This document shows positions 51,496-64,000 of a stretch of DNA of 64,000 bases, piece after piece. A program made the translations under genes and the position numbers. Under the pieces are notes generated by a model, which was not told where the DNA came from, made no database searches, and was given only the letters and a program-made list of their open reading frames with translations. The stretch's first letter is position 1; every line of letters begins with the position of its first letter. Source of the stretch: Octopus vulgaris (taxonomy: Eukaryota); NCBI GenBank assembly GCA_951406725.2, contig OX597814.1, positions 248,001-312,000 of the forward strand, read 5' to 3'.

Positions 51496-51577
51496 TTTCC
51501 TGAAGAGAAGATTGCATTGTTTATACCATTTATTCTTTTGAATAGTATCAGTGGAATTTTCGAAACATGTGTCGAAA
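51496..51577 (+). ncRNA. Type-I hammerhead ribozyme motif with intact core
   Basis: TTTC-CTGAAGA-GAAGATT...AATTTTC-GAAA-CATGT-GTC-GAAA: stem I TTTC/GAAA, stem II GAAGATT/AATTTTC, palindromic ACATGT stem III, GUC triplet. Activity untested. Confidence 0.7.
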
Positions 51578-51621
51578 GTAAAGATATTTGATTTACACCT
51601 GCGTTAAACTCCATTTATTTA

Positions 51622-51665
<44 letters not shown>

Positions 51666-51882
51666 TACACATATATATGAGTTTAATTTGTGTGAGACAT
51701 AGGGACTTCATACTCAGAAGACTGTAACTTCACACAATCTATTTTTGAGTGAAATATTGGTTCTAACATCTTTGGTGACCTAAAGGGCTGCTTAAACGAA
51801 TCTGCATTTCATGTGTATGATCACAGTTTATAGCACACACACACACACACACACACATATACATACATATAGATAGATAGAA

Positions 51883-51915
<33 letters not shown>

Positions 51916-51948
51916 TAGATAGATAGAAATAGATAGAAATAGATAGAA

Positions 51949-51981
<33 letters not shown>

Positions 51982-52034
51982 AAGACACACAGACACAGAT
52001 ATATACATACATATTCATACCTACATATATACAT

Positions 52035-52083
<49 letters not shown>

Positions 52084-52335
52084 TATATATGTCTGATTCT
52101 ATACACTTCCAACAAAAGACAGTATTGAATAATGTTTGTGTCCCTCAAAATTTACAGCAATTGCATTGAATACTTTTGATTGTATCTTGTTCTTTGTTCG
52201 TAATTAAAATAACAATTGCCTTCCTGGCATGAATCTTAACAGTATTGAGTTGTCATTTTCTTTCACTACAATAGTTTACACACACACATATACATACATA
52301 TACATACATACATATACATACATACATATATACAT

Positions 52336-52368
<33 letters not shown>

Positions 52369-52415
52369 CATATATATATACACACATATATATATACATA
52401 TACATATATAGACAT

Positions 52416-52446
<31 letters not shown>

Positions 52447-52500
52447 CATATACATATATAGACATACATACACACATGCACACACACACACACATATATA

Positions 52501-52603
<103 letters not shown>

Positions 52604-53351
52604 TCATCATCATCATCATCATCATCGTTTAGCGTCCGTTTTCCATGCTAGCATGGGTTGGACGGTTCTACTGGGGTCTGTGAAGCCAGAAGGCTTCATC
52701 AGGCCCAGTGCGTGCTGTGTTCTTGAGCAAGACACTTTATTTCACTTTGCTCCAGTTCACTCAGCTGTAGAAATGAGTTGCGATGTCACAGGTGCCAAGC
52801 TGTATCGACCTTTGTCTTTCCCTTGGATAACACTGGTGGCGTGGAGAGGGGAGGCCGGTATGCATGGGCGACTGCTGGCCTTCCATAAAAACAACCTTGC
52901 CCAGACTTGTGCCTCAGAGGGTAACTCTCTAGGTGCAAACCCATGGTCACTCATGACCGAAGGGGGTCTTTACCTTATTTGTATATGTAACATAATAGTT
53001 TAGAAAGAAGCCATTGGCTTCATATCTAGCATGAACTCTCTTCAGTTTCTCTAAATGATTACCATTCCCTGCAAAGAAAGTCTTTTTTTAAGCACAAGAA
53101 TGCTGGGGATAGTTCAAGAAATATTCCTCTTAAAAAATTATGCAGAGAACGTTTATCATTTAGAGAAACTGAAGAAATGTCCAGTTCACACTTGATATGA
53201 AACATTACCCATACAAAAATAATAACTGCTCTATATTTTATATGGTACACTCTCCTGATTTATGATATTGTAACAAAGATATATATATATATATATATGT
53301 GTATGTATGTATATATGTATGTATATATGTATGTATATATGTATGTATGTA

Positions 53352-53403
<52 letters not shown>

Positions 53404-53628
53404 TATTGCCAGCTCTGTCTGGCACCTGTGTGGGTGGCACGTAAAAAGCACCCACTACACTCTCGGAGTGGTTGGCGTTAGGAAGGGCATCCAGCCGTAG
53501 AAGCACTGCCAAATTTGACTGGGCCTGATGAAGCCTTCTGGCTTCACAGACCCCAGTAGAACCGTCCAACCCATGCTAGCATGGAAAACGGACGCTAAAC
53601 GATGATGATGATGATGATGATGATGATA

Positions 53629-53725
<97 letters not shown>

Positions 53726-54307
53726 TCATCATCATTGTTTAACGTCCGTTCTCCATGCTAGCACAGGCTGGACGGTTCGAACGGGGTCTGGAAAGCCAGA
53801 AGTCTGCACCAGGCTCCAGTCTGATCTAGCAGTGTTTCTACAGCTGGATGCCCTTCCTAACGCCAACCACTCCGTGAGTGTAGTGGCTGCTTTTTACGTG
53901 CCACCAGCACAGGTGCCATGGAAGGCTGGCAACGGCCACGGTCGGTTGGTGCTTTTTACATGCCACCGGTACGGAAGCCAGTCAAGGCGGCACTGGCATC
54001 GGCCACATACGGATATTGCATTTTATGTGCCACTGGCACGGGTATCACAACTAGAATTTCCATTTGATTTCTTGATGTTGATGTTGATGTACTTGACTCA
54101 ATAGGTCTCCTCAAGCACAGCAGCAGCAGGTTGCCCTACGATCCAAGGTAAGTACAGCAGGCTGTCCTGTGATCCAAGGCACTTTGGAAGGGCTATATAT
54201 TCTTGCAATTAAAAACATTTATGTACTTTACCAACAGTATATTGGATAAATACTATCCCTTAGTGAGTTGCACCCAGAACCCCTAACTTACTTTGTGGTA
54301 TATATAT

Positions 54308-54996
54308 ATATAATAATAATGAAATTATTGTATACAGTGCTCGGGTGCACCACAACTTGTCAGAAAGTGCATATAAAGTACATGCAGTAATGTACAAATG
54401 TCTGAAAAGTGAACATGCTTGTGTGTGTATGGAGGGGAGAAAATCAGGTGTAGTGTTGGCGAATCTCAGGAAGCATGGAAGTTTTGAAGGATGCAGTGCT
54501 CCAACAACTAACAACTGATGCCGGCAGTTTGTTCCATGCTTCAGCAACTCTTAGTGTGAAAAAATGTTTCCTAAAGTCATGGGAGCTGTGCTGTTTTCTG
54601 ACTTTGTAAATATGTCCACGGGTGTTAGACAGGTGGAGTTTGAAAAGGTGCGCAGAGTTATTGTTTGTAAGATGGTTAATAATTTTATGGGTGTCTGCCA
54701 AGTCAGCTGCCAGACGTCGGAGTTTCAATGTATCCATGCCCAGGAAGTAAGGCATTCAGAATATGGCAAATGCCTGATGGAGGGTATTCTTTTGGTTGCA
54801 CGTCACTGAACAGCTTCCAGACAATTGATATCCTGGGCAAGATAGGGGTTCCAGACCGGTGATGAAAATTCCAGGTGAGGTCTTACCATAGCTATATAAA
54901 GCCACAGATAGATAGTTGGAGAGCGGCTCACCAAGGACTTGGTGAGTGATGCCAAGACACCCTCAGCCTTCTTGGCAATTTTAGCGATGTGTTTTG
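54308..54996 (-). mobile_element. Second, highly similar CR1-group LINE 3' fragment
   Basis: Same peptide with frameshift/stop; same 3' UTR and 5' breakpoint. Older copies at about 18950-19240(+) and 40300-40620(+). Confidence 0.9.
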
Positions 54997-55222
54997 ATAT
55001 ATATATACATATTTGAGTATACAAGAGTAAATAAGAGAGACAGAGACAAGCAGAAACAAGGCAAACGCCCCTTCCATTTGAATACTAGGCAAATATTCTT
55101 TTGAAAAACTTTTCTTTTAATTTTTCTAAAATTTTATTGTTTCCCATATTTACAGTTGAAAAAGTCTCAATGACTGAAATGTCTTTTATAAAATTATTTT
55201 AGCACTTTCTACCTTGACTTTA

Positions 55223-55551
55223 CGGAGATGTACTCGCATAGCAAGTAATTTTATCTGAGATCGTGTGCTGAAACGAAAACAATTGCAGCGTGGAAGGTGT
55301 TTATAAGCCATTTAAGAAACACACAAAAGCCGTTCGATTCACTTCAACATTTAAGTTTAATTTGTCAAAATATTTTCGTCGCTAAAATCCGCGACCTGTT
55401 CACTGAGATGCAGCACGGACTTTGTCAGTGAACAGGTCGCAGATTTTAGCGACGAAAATATTTTGACAAATTAAACTTAAATGTTGAAGTGAATCGAACG
55501 GCTTTTGTGTGTCTCTTAAATGGCTTATAAACACCTTCCACGCTGCAATTG
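55223..55551. repeat. Second copy of the palindromic element
   Basis: Near-perfect inverted arms CAATTGCAGCGTGGAAGGTG...TTCACTGA / TCAGTGAA...CACCTTCCACGCTGCAATTG. Confidence 0.88.
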
Positions 55552-58137
55552 TACCTTGACTTTTTTTTCCATATATATATATATATATATCATCATTATC
55601 ATCATCATCATCGTTTAACGTCCGTTTTCCATGCTAGCATGGGTTGGACGGTTCAACTGGGGTCTGGGAAGCCAGAAGGCTGCACCAGGCTCAGTTTGAT
55701 CTGGCAATGTTTCTACGGCTGGATGCCCTTCCTAACGCCAACCACTCCGTGAGTGCAGTGGGTGCTTTTTATGTGCCACCGGCACAGAGACCAGACGAAG
55801 CTGGCAACGGCCACGATCGGATGGTGCTTTTTATGTGCCACTGGCACGGGGGCCAGGCAAGGCTGGCAACGGCCACAAACGGATGGTGCTTTTTACGTGT
55901 CACTGGCATGAGACCAGTCGGAGCGGCGCTGGCAACGGCCACGTTCGGATGGTTCTCTTACGTGCCACCGGCATTGATCGATTTAGATTAAAATCACTTT
56001 GGCTGATGTTATTAATTGGTTTCATTCAGCAGAGTTTAGGTTGAAAATCTCCAACGCCAGAACATCAGAAGAGCTAATAGGGAGAGAATGGTGAAAGCTT
56101 AGGTTGAAATAGAACTCTAGTAAAAGGCACTTGCCCTAGGGACTGAACCTATGATTACATGGTTGGGAAGCAAGGTTCTTACTCACACAGCCGCACCGGT
56201 GCTTCTATATGTGTGCGTGTATGTATGTATATTTGTATGTCTGTGTATATATATATGAGGTGTATTATGAGCATTTGTAGAACACAGTCCAATATAAGCG
56301 CAACAAACAATTGATGATGGAGAAGAGAAGATGTTAAAAGTTTTATAAAATTGTAATCCATGCGTACGACCGTTTCTAATAGTAAAACCAACATGGAAGA
56401 AACATGGAAAAGATTAAATTAATTATAATTAAAATTAATTTAATTATATATTACCATTCTACTCAGTGCAAAAATGTAGGATACATCAGAAAAGTCATAA
56501 CAGAAGAATTCTATTGTTACAGGAGACTGTATTGAGTGCGTGTCTCATAACTCATTCGGATATTAATAAAAAGATTTTTATTAGAAAACTTACTTTGGAC
56601 CCCAACAAAGTAAAGATGTTCTGATTGAACTCAACCTTTCTCCTATATATATATATATATATGTATATAACAAATGAAAGACAGAAGATGTAATATACAT
56701 CATCATCATCATCGTTTAACGTCCATTTTCCGTGCTAGCATGGGTTGGACGGTTCTCCTGGGGATCTGGGAAGCCAGAAGGCTGCATCAGGCTCCAGTCT
56801 TATCTGGCAATGTTTCTACAGCTGGATGCCCTTCCTAATGCCAACCACTCCGTGAATGTAGTGGGTGCTTTTTACGTGCCACCTGCACAGGTGCCAGGCG
56901 AGACTGGCAACGGCCACGATCGGATTGGTGCATTTTACATGCCACCAGCACGGAAGCAAGTCGAGACGGCGCTGACATCGGCCACGATTCGGATAGTGCT
57001 TTTTATGTGCCACCGGCACGGAAGCCAGTCAAGGCGACGCTGGCATCGGCCATGATTCGGATAGTGCTTTTTACATGCCACCGGCATGGAAGCAAGCCTA
57101 GGCGGCGCTGGCATCAGCCACGTTCAGATGGTGCTTTTACATGCCAACGTCTCAGTTTATTATTAATCACGACAATTGTTTCGACACATCCAGCATCGAT
57201 TCCTCTTGGGTGGGACACTCAGCAACTGGTTCAGGAGTATCCGGTGGTGCTGATACATCTCATTGGGTGGTAAATAAATAAAAACAACTCTTCCACTCAC
57301 AAAGCTTCGATCAGTTTGACATTCAAGAGCGAACTATTGGACCACAGAGTCACACTTTCAAAAAAGAAAAAAACATATACAGCAAAAGTAAATAAAACAA
57401 CTCTAAATAAAAACCACAAGCAACATGAATATAAAATAATTTTAATTCTTTAATTTTCTAGGTTTTTCTTTAAATTATGAGAAAATGTTACTGAAATAAA
57501 TAACCAGAACATTTTATTAACAGATGAAACAGGATGAAAACAGACCTCATAAATACTTTTAACATAGAATTTAGTACAAACACCAACAATTATTTACATA
57601 TGAGTATAGACCTATGTGTACATACATACATATTTATATATACATATATATATATACATACATACATATATATATGCTTTTATATGTATGTATATATAGA
57701 TACATATATAAACACTTACATATATACACCTTTGTGTTATCGATATATCACATGCATGTGACGTCAATAAATACATTGCTCTTTCTCCCTCTCTCTCTCT
57801 CTCTCTCTGTCGCTCTTTCATTCTCACTTTCTCTTTCTCTGTCTTTTCTCTCTTTTGCTCTGTGAACCCTCTGCAACAACCAAGCAACAATATTGCAGAA
57901 AGCCAACCGAAAAGGAATAACAAATGAAAACAAAACCAACAGGTGAGTATGACTTCGACAGAGGCATGGAAGGGTCATTATTTACAAGGGCAGGTAACTG
58001 AGAAGTTGTTATGTTTAGGTTTTTTTCCCCCACAAGTATTGAGGACATACGAAGCAGCGTATTGCTAGTACCACCTCCATATACATGTTAATGTTATATA
58101 TAATATCACAGCTACGTAATATCATAATAGATAACTT

Positions 58138-58173
<36 letters not shown>

Positions 58174-58346
58174 TTTTAAATATTCTAACGGCCAGCTTGC
58201 CCGACTTCAGTTCAATTTTTTCTGTAGCGAGTAGATTATATGTGGAAATTGACGATTTAATAGTCTGTTATCAGCATATTGGCTTTGAAATAATTTTCTT
58301 TAGCCATTTCTTATAAGTTGTATATATATATATATATGTATATTAC

Positions 58347-58744
58347 AGTTCTGTATTTAAGAGACGAGGAATTATGTACATTATTTATATTATTTACATT
58401 TGATGGATATTTGTCCTCATCTTGTTTGTTGTTAACACAATGTCTCGGCTGATATACCCTCCACCCTTCATCAGGTGTCTTGGGGGAAATTTCAAACCTG
58501 AGTTCTCATTCCTAAGATATTTTTCAATGTTGTTGTTATTATTATTATTATTATTCCTTCTTTCTTCAAATTTTCTTCCGTTTCTTGCCAAGTGTTTTCC
58601 GTACACCTAGGGCAGAGAAGCTCATTGTATGCACTCCCAGATTACACACGCAAATTCACAGGTAAATTATGTATTTAAAAAATTAATAAATAAATAAATT
58701 CATGAATGGATGTTGTTTTCACAGTGATAATACTCTTCTCAGTA

Positions 58745-58799
<55 letters not shown>

Positions 58800-58918
58800 A
58801 TCACAGCCTCGAATAGAACTTGGAATCTTGGGGCTAGTAGAGTGCTCTCTTAAGAGCGTGGTTAAGAGCACGAGCTACTAATCCCAAGATTCTGAGTTTG
58901 ATTCCAGGGAGTAACCTA

Positions 58919-58949
<31 letters not shown>

Positions 58950-59090
58950 TCGAAAAATACCTTAGGAATGAGAACCCAGGTTCAAAATTTCCCCAAGACA
59001 CCTGATGAAGGCTGGAGGGTATATCAGCTGAAACATTGTGTTAACAACAAAGATGAGGAAAATATCCGTCGAATGTAAATAATGCAAATA
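58347..59090. mobile_element. Second head-to-head pair of the same tRNA-headed HHR element
   Basis: Tail 58347-58550(-), inverted heads centred about 58850, (AAT)n, tail 58948-59090(+). Confidence 0.8.
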
Positions 59091-59379
59091 ATATATGTAT
59101 ATATAGATTAATATATACATTATATCATTATGTTAATGTTATATATAATATCACAGATATGTAATATAATAGATAACTTAACATATATATATATCAATAT
59201 ATGCATTACATCATTGAATCCTTGTATCCCCCATAGTGTCAGATGTTTTTATACATTGCTGATCACAATGCATTTTCTCCCAACGGTGTAGCTTTATATA
59301 TTTATTGGCAAATATGTTATACATATACATTTACTTATATGCATATGCTAACATATTTGTTAGCATATGTATAGCAAGA

Positions 59380-59822
59380 ATGAAAGAAACCAGGCTGCTG
59401 TGACTAATTTTATAAGGTGACCTTTCCACTGGAAGAAGTCTCTGTGGCTGTCCCTTCCGTGGATAGAAGGACCAGCTGAAGCAAAGCCGAAAACAGAATG
59501 GAATCGGTCTGAAAGCTTGGGGCAGTGAAGCTCAAGACAGGCCTGGCTGGCATCATTCCATCTCCATGGTGATAAAGGATTTTGAAGCTGACTGACCGAG
59601 GAAAGAGGAAGTGAAACGTCAAGAAAGAAAATGGAAGCTCCAACAACCAAAGCCTCCGCCACGGATCCATTGTGAACTTTGCAACAGACCGATCCATGCA
59701 AGAATCAGCCTCATTAGTCATCAGAGGCTTTACACATGGACAGAGGGGAAGAAGTGGTCAAGAAGAAGCCAAATAAATTGTCAGACACACCTTAAAACGC
59801 CTCTGCCACCAACGACAACGAT
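59380..59822 (+). mobile_element. RTE-clade LINE 3' fragment
   Basis: C-terminal CELCNRPIHARISLISHQR CCHH-like motif and ACGACAACGATG tail. Confidence 0.7.
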
Positions 59823-60235
59823 GCTAAGATATTTATAAACATATATACAGATGATATTATAGAAATATTTGTGAAGGCACCTGGCTCAGTGGCTAGGGTG
59901 TTGCACTCAATATCTAATGATTGTAGGTTCAATTCCTGGATGAAGCAGTGCTTTATGTTCTTGTGCAATACTCTACATGTCACGTTGCTCCACCCGGCTC
60001 ACCTGAAAATAGGTAACTTGTGATGAAACAGCCTTCCAAATGGAGGAAATGTTGGTCTATTTGCCAAACCAGTGGAGTAGCATCATTCAACAGCTAGAAT
60101 GATGTGAAGTGCATTGTGACCAGTGATGTATAACAGCATCCAATAATCTTGTCGATCACATAATCATGTGCTAGAAATATTCAATTACATGCGTACATAT
60201 ACATGTGTATATGTATATATATATATGTGTGTGTG

Positions 60236-60266
<31 letters not shown>

Positions 60267-60806
60267 ATATATTATTGCGTGTATGTGTATATACGTGTGT
60301 GTGTGTATAATAGATAACTTTACAGGTAAAGTAAAGACGGTGTGGGATGGTGAACTTAACACTATTTTGCAGTCTACAGAAATCTATGCGGTTACACTGC
60401 AACACCTGGATGTGTTGCCAGTCTTTTACAAGTAATTTACCCAGACCTGGAAATCAATTTTTTTCTCTCTCAACACATCCATGTGAAAGGTAATGAGTTC
60501 AAAGTAATAAACTAAGGTCATTGCTTCAGTTGGGGCCCATAGGGAGATATTCACAGCAGGATTTGAACACAAAACACATCAACTGCCAGTTCTCATGAAC
60601 ATAATGCCTGTCCTCTCAGCTATTTTCTGACTGGCATCATGGACATCCTATCCTCTCTATTCAGAAGTCTGTTGTTGTTAGGGTTTTGTGTGTCCAGGGT
60701 TTAATAAGAACAAAGGAGGGCTCAGCTGGTTTAACTAGCCCAGCAGGGTTAGAGTTAGTGCGCCATAGAGAGGATCTGACTGGCCCTTCTCAAAAAATAA
60801 AATAAA

Positions 60807-60848
<42 letters not shown>

Positions 60849-60919
60849 TGACGATGATGATAATAATAATAATGATGATGACGATGATGATAATAATAAT
60901 AATAATGATGACGATAATG

Positions 60920-60954
<35 letters not shown>

Positions 60955-61716
60955 TACAATAATAATATGCGCAAGGCCTAAAATTTGTGGGGAGAAGGCT
61001 AGTCAATTACATTGACCCCCAGTGTGTAACTGGTTGTTATTTCATCAATCCCAAAAGGATGAAAGGCAAAGTAGACCTCAGTTGAATTTGAACTCAGAAA
61101 ATAAGGACAAACGAAATATCTATTCAGCATTTTGCCTGGAATTGCTGACGATTCTGCCGGTTCACCACCTTAATAATAACAACAACAACAACAACCAAAA
61201 CTGTGACGATACAGGCAGAAAGCCTTGATGATGATGATGATGATGATGATGATGACGATGATGACGATGATGACGATGATGATAGCAGCAACAACAACAA
61301 TAACAATATGAATAAATAAATGAATATTACATAAAATAACAGCTCACAATACCGGTGATATCCCCTAGTTAATCATGATATATCCATAGATAAGAACTGA
61401 AATGATATTGTTTATCTAACACCCTAGATGCACCAAACGGGTGATGGCAGTCTTCCTTGGGTACGAAAAACTGAACTGAAATAACACGTGTTGGCATTGA
61501 GTATGTTGCGTATTAATACATCGGTGCCAGAAATCTGACGGTTCTTCAGAGCACAGAGGGGGGTGGCCGTGTTTACATGAACAGGTGAAAATTAGGGCAA
61601 CTCCCCAACACATCATTCATGTAGCAGATGTTGGCATGGCATTTGTAGGCTTACCTGTGAGTGTACACACACCAGTAAATATACACACATAGATGCATAT
61701 ACATATACATATATAC

Positions 61717-61787
<71 letters not shown>

Positions 61788-61832
61788 CATATATATATTT
61801 AAAAAAGGAGATGTGGAACACGAGTTGTGAAA

Positions 61833-62123
61833 TATAAAAAAGGAAATGAAGAAAATGCTGACAAAATATTTTAAGTAATTTAAGTAATTTAATAAGGTGA
61901 AAGTTCTTTTTACCGGTTGCGCATTTGTTAGAGATAGAGTTCCTTTCTGATAGATTTTTTTCCTCTTTTCCAGATAAGAGGAAAAAATCTATCAGAAAGG
62001 AACTCTATCTCTCTTTTGATAAGCATAACAAATGCACAACCGGTAAAAAGAACTTTCACCTTATTAAATTACTTAAATTACTTAAATTATTTTGTCAGCA
62101 TTTTCTTCATTTCCTTTTTTATA
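61833..62123. repeat. Near-perfect ~135-bp-arm inverted repeat between (TA)n tracts
   Basis: Arms reverse-complement around CCTCTT-ttccagat-AAGAGG. Confidence 0.9.
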
Positions 62124-62124
62124 C

Positions 62125-62155
<31 letters not shown>

Positions 62156-62264
62156 CATATATATATATATGTATATATATACACATATATATATACATAT
62201 ATATATATATACATATATACTTATATATATACTTATATATATATATATACATACATATATATAC

Positions 62265-62325
<61 letters not shown>

Positions 62326-64000
62326 TCTGTTAAATGTTGTAAATGTTTTTGTTGAATAAAATTTATTGAAAAAAAGCCACAACAATTATGCACCAACCTA
62401 ATACTTAGGTGTATTAAACATCATGTAGGGTTTGGGGGCGGAAGGGTGAGAATGTTGGGTGGATTCCCAAATCCTTACGGTCTTATTGTGTCAGTGTGTT
62501 TGTTTGTGTGCATTTTGTTTAAATTCTTTGCTGGGTTCTCTAGAAATGGGGATGAAAGAGCAGAAAGATATATTTCAACATACCCATGAGCCCTATTATG
62601 ATTATCAGCAGTTCTCTAGCATCGGCCTTTCACCACCATACCCTGAGAACCCAGCAAAGAGTTTAACTAAAACATACAAAAACACTTACATAGACACATA
62701 AGTGTCCTAACATGGCCTGGGTACCTGCCCAGCTCACCAATATCCTTCCCAAAAATACCCTGCACATATGATACCCCTACACACATTCCAGTCTTATACA
62801 AATGCCAACCCTTAACTCCTACACACTTTCTTAGAAAATTCGTGTAGACCAACAGCACAGAGACCTTTGGGGCCGGGGAACATAACTCTTGGCATAACTT
62901 TTGTTCAGTTCTCTTCATCTTTTTACACAACCCTCATAAAACTGATGTGGTTTTTCACTTTCAGTAAAGGAGAGCAATTGCCAAATTTTTTTTTTCCGTA
63001 CCTGCTAGCTCTGATGAGTATGTAGTATTATGTAGCCATGCTGTTATCTAACATCTGTTTTGATACTCAGTGTGAAACTGATCGGAAAGATCAGCTATAA
63101 TGGATTATAATATCCATACTATTGACAAATATACAAATGCATATTTTTTTCTGACTTAGGGATTCATAGATAATATGTGTGTTGGATGGATGATGGTGGA
63201 AGTGCATAAATCCAGTGCCATTTCTCGTAGGTTTTATGTTTGGCCTAATATCCATTTTGTTATTCCAGCAAACATAATTTCCATGGACAGATCTGCCCAA
63301 ACTGAGCGGAGAGAGAGGATGTATTTGGTGTCAGAAAAGCAGGACAGAGAACAATCAGCAGTAGAGTTGGGATATCTGATAATTTGACATAAACTGTAGG
63401 GCAGGATGGTCACTAATGGAGCGACTGTAAACAGAGATAATGTAGTGTGGTCAGTGATGAAGTGGACACAGCAGTATGATATGTCATCATTGTCATTTAA
63501 CATCTGTTTTCCATGCTGGAAAGGGTTGGACAGTTTGACAGGAGCTGCCAAGGTTGGGAGCCAAACCAGGTTCCATTGTTTGTCTTGGCATGATTTCTAC
63601 AACTGGACGCCCTACCTAATGCCAACCACTTTACAGAGTGTGTTGGGTGCTTTTAACATGGCACCAGCACCGCCAGGGTCACCAAGCATTTTAGAAGACA
63701 AAGAACTCCTCATCTTTGAGTGGGGAGTAGTATTGAGGAGGTTTGGCTTTGTGCCAGTTGAGAGATTAAAGATGGAGAAGGAATTAGATTGACGACTTGC
63801 TGTACAGCAAAATGTCGTTAGTATATTAATGAAAGCATTTTAGATTTTTAATAATAATTCATTATCTTATGATAAGAACTGTTCTTCACCACTCTTCTTC
63901 AAAACCATTTTCTCTTTCGCACCCCAGAACACTATATCTTCTCTCTCTCTCTCTCTCTTTCTCCATACATGTACATGTGTGTTTGTGTGTGGGGGTGTGA

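Noticed and set aside
55150-55190. Degenerate HHR-like TTGAAAAAGTC...GACTGAAATGTC
   Set aside because: Multiple core mismatches; may be chance
62560-62950. Possible degenerate PLE linker (SPPYPEN...FPKNTLHI)
   Set aside because: Too degraded to call with confidence

Overview
Eukaryotic, AT-rich, repeat-dense genomic DNA. The SINE/LINE repertoire and microsatellite density suggest a mollusc, probably an octopus (inference, no search run). One gene can be fully reconstructed by eye: a + strand, 13-coding-exon gene (CDS 21247-49907, 1962 nt, 653 aa, all GT-AG introns, phases consistent) encoding a secreted DD3-3-like protein. The rest is transposable elements and simple repeats: a decayed Penelope-like (PLE) reverse transcriptase, Tc1/mariner, Tigger-, piggyBac- and Helitron-like elements, CR1/RTE/Tx1/R4-like LINE fragments, several SINE families, a tRNA-Lys pseudogene and a 100-N gap. 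The most notable signal is a set of minimal type-I hammerhead-ribozyme (HHR)-like motifs in several unrelated short elements, many arranged as head-to-head inverted pairs. These include a tRNA-headed SINE-like element with an HHR tail (two palindromic loci) and one HHR with an intact catalytic core about 1.6 kb downstream of the DD3-3 stop codon. Most ORFs in the supplied track are repeat artefacts. Repeat boundaries are approximate.
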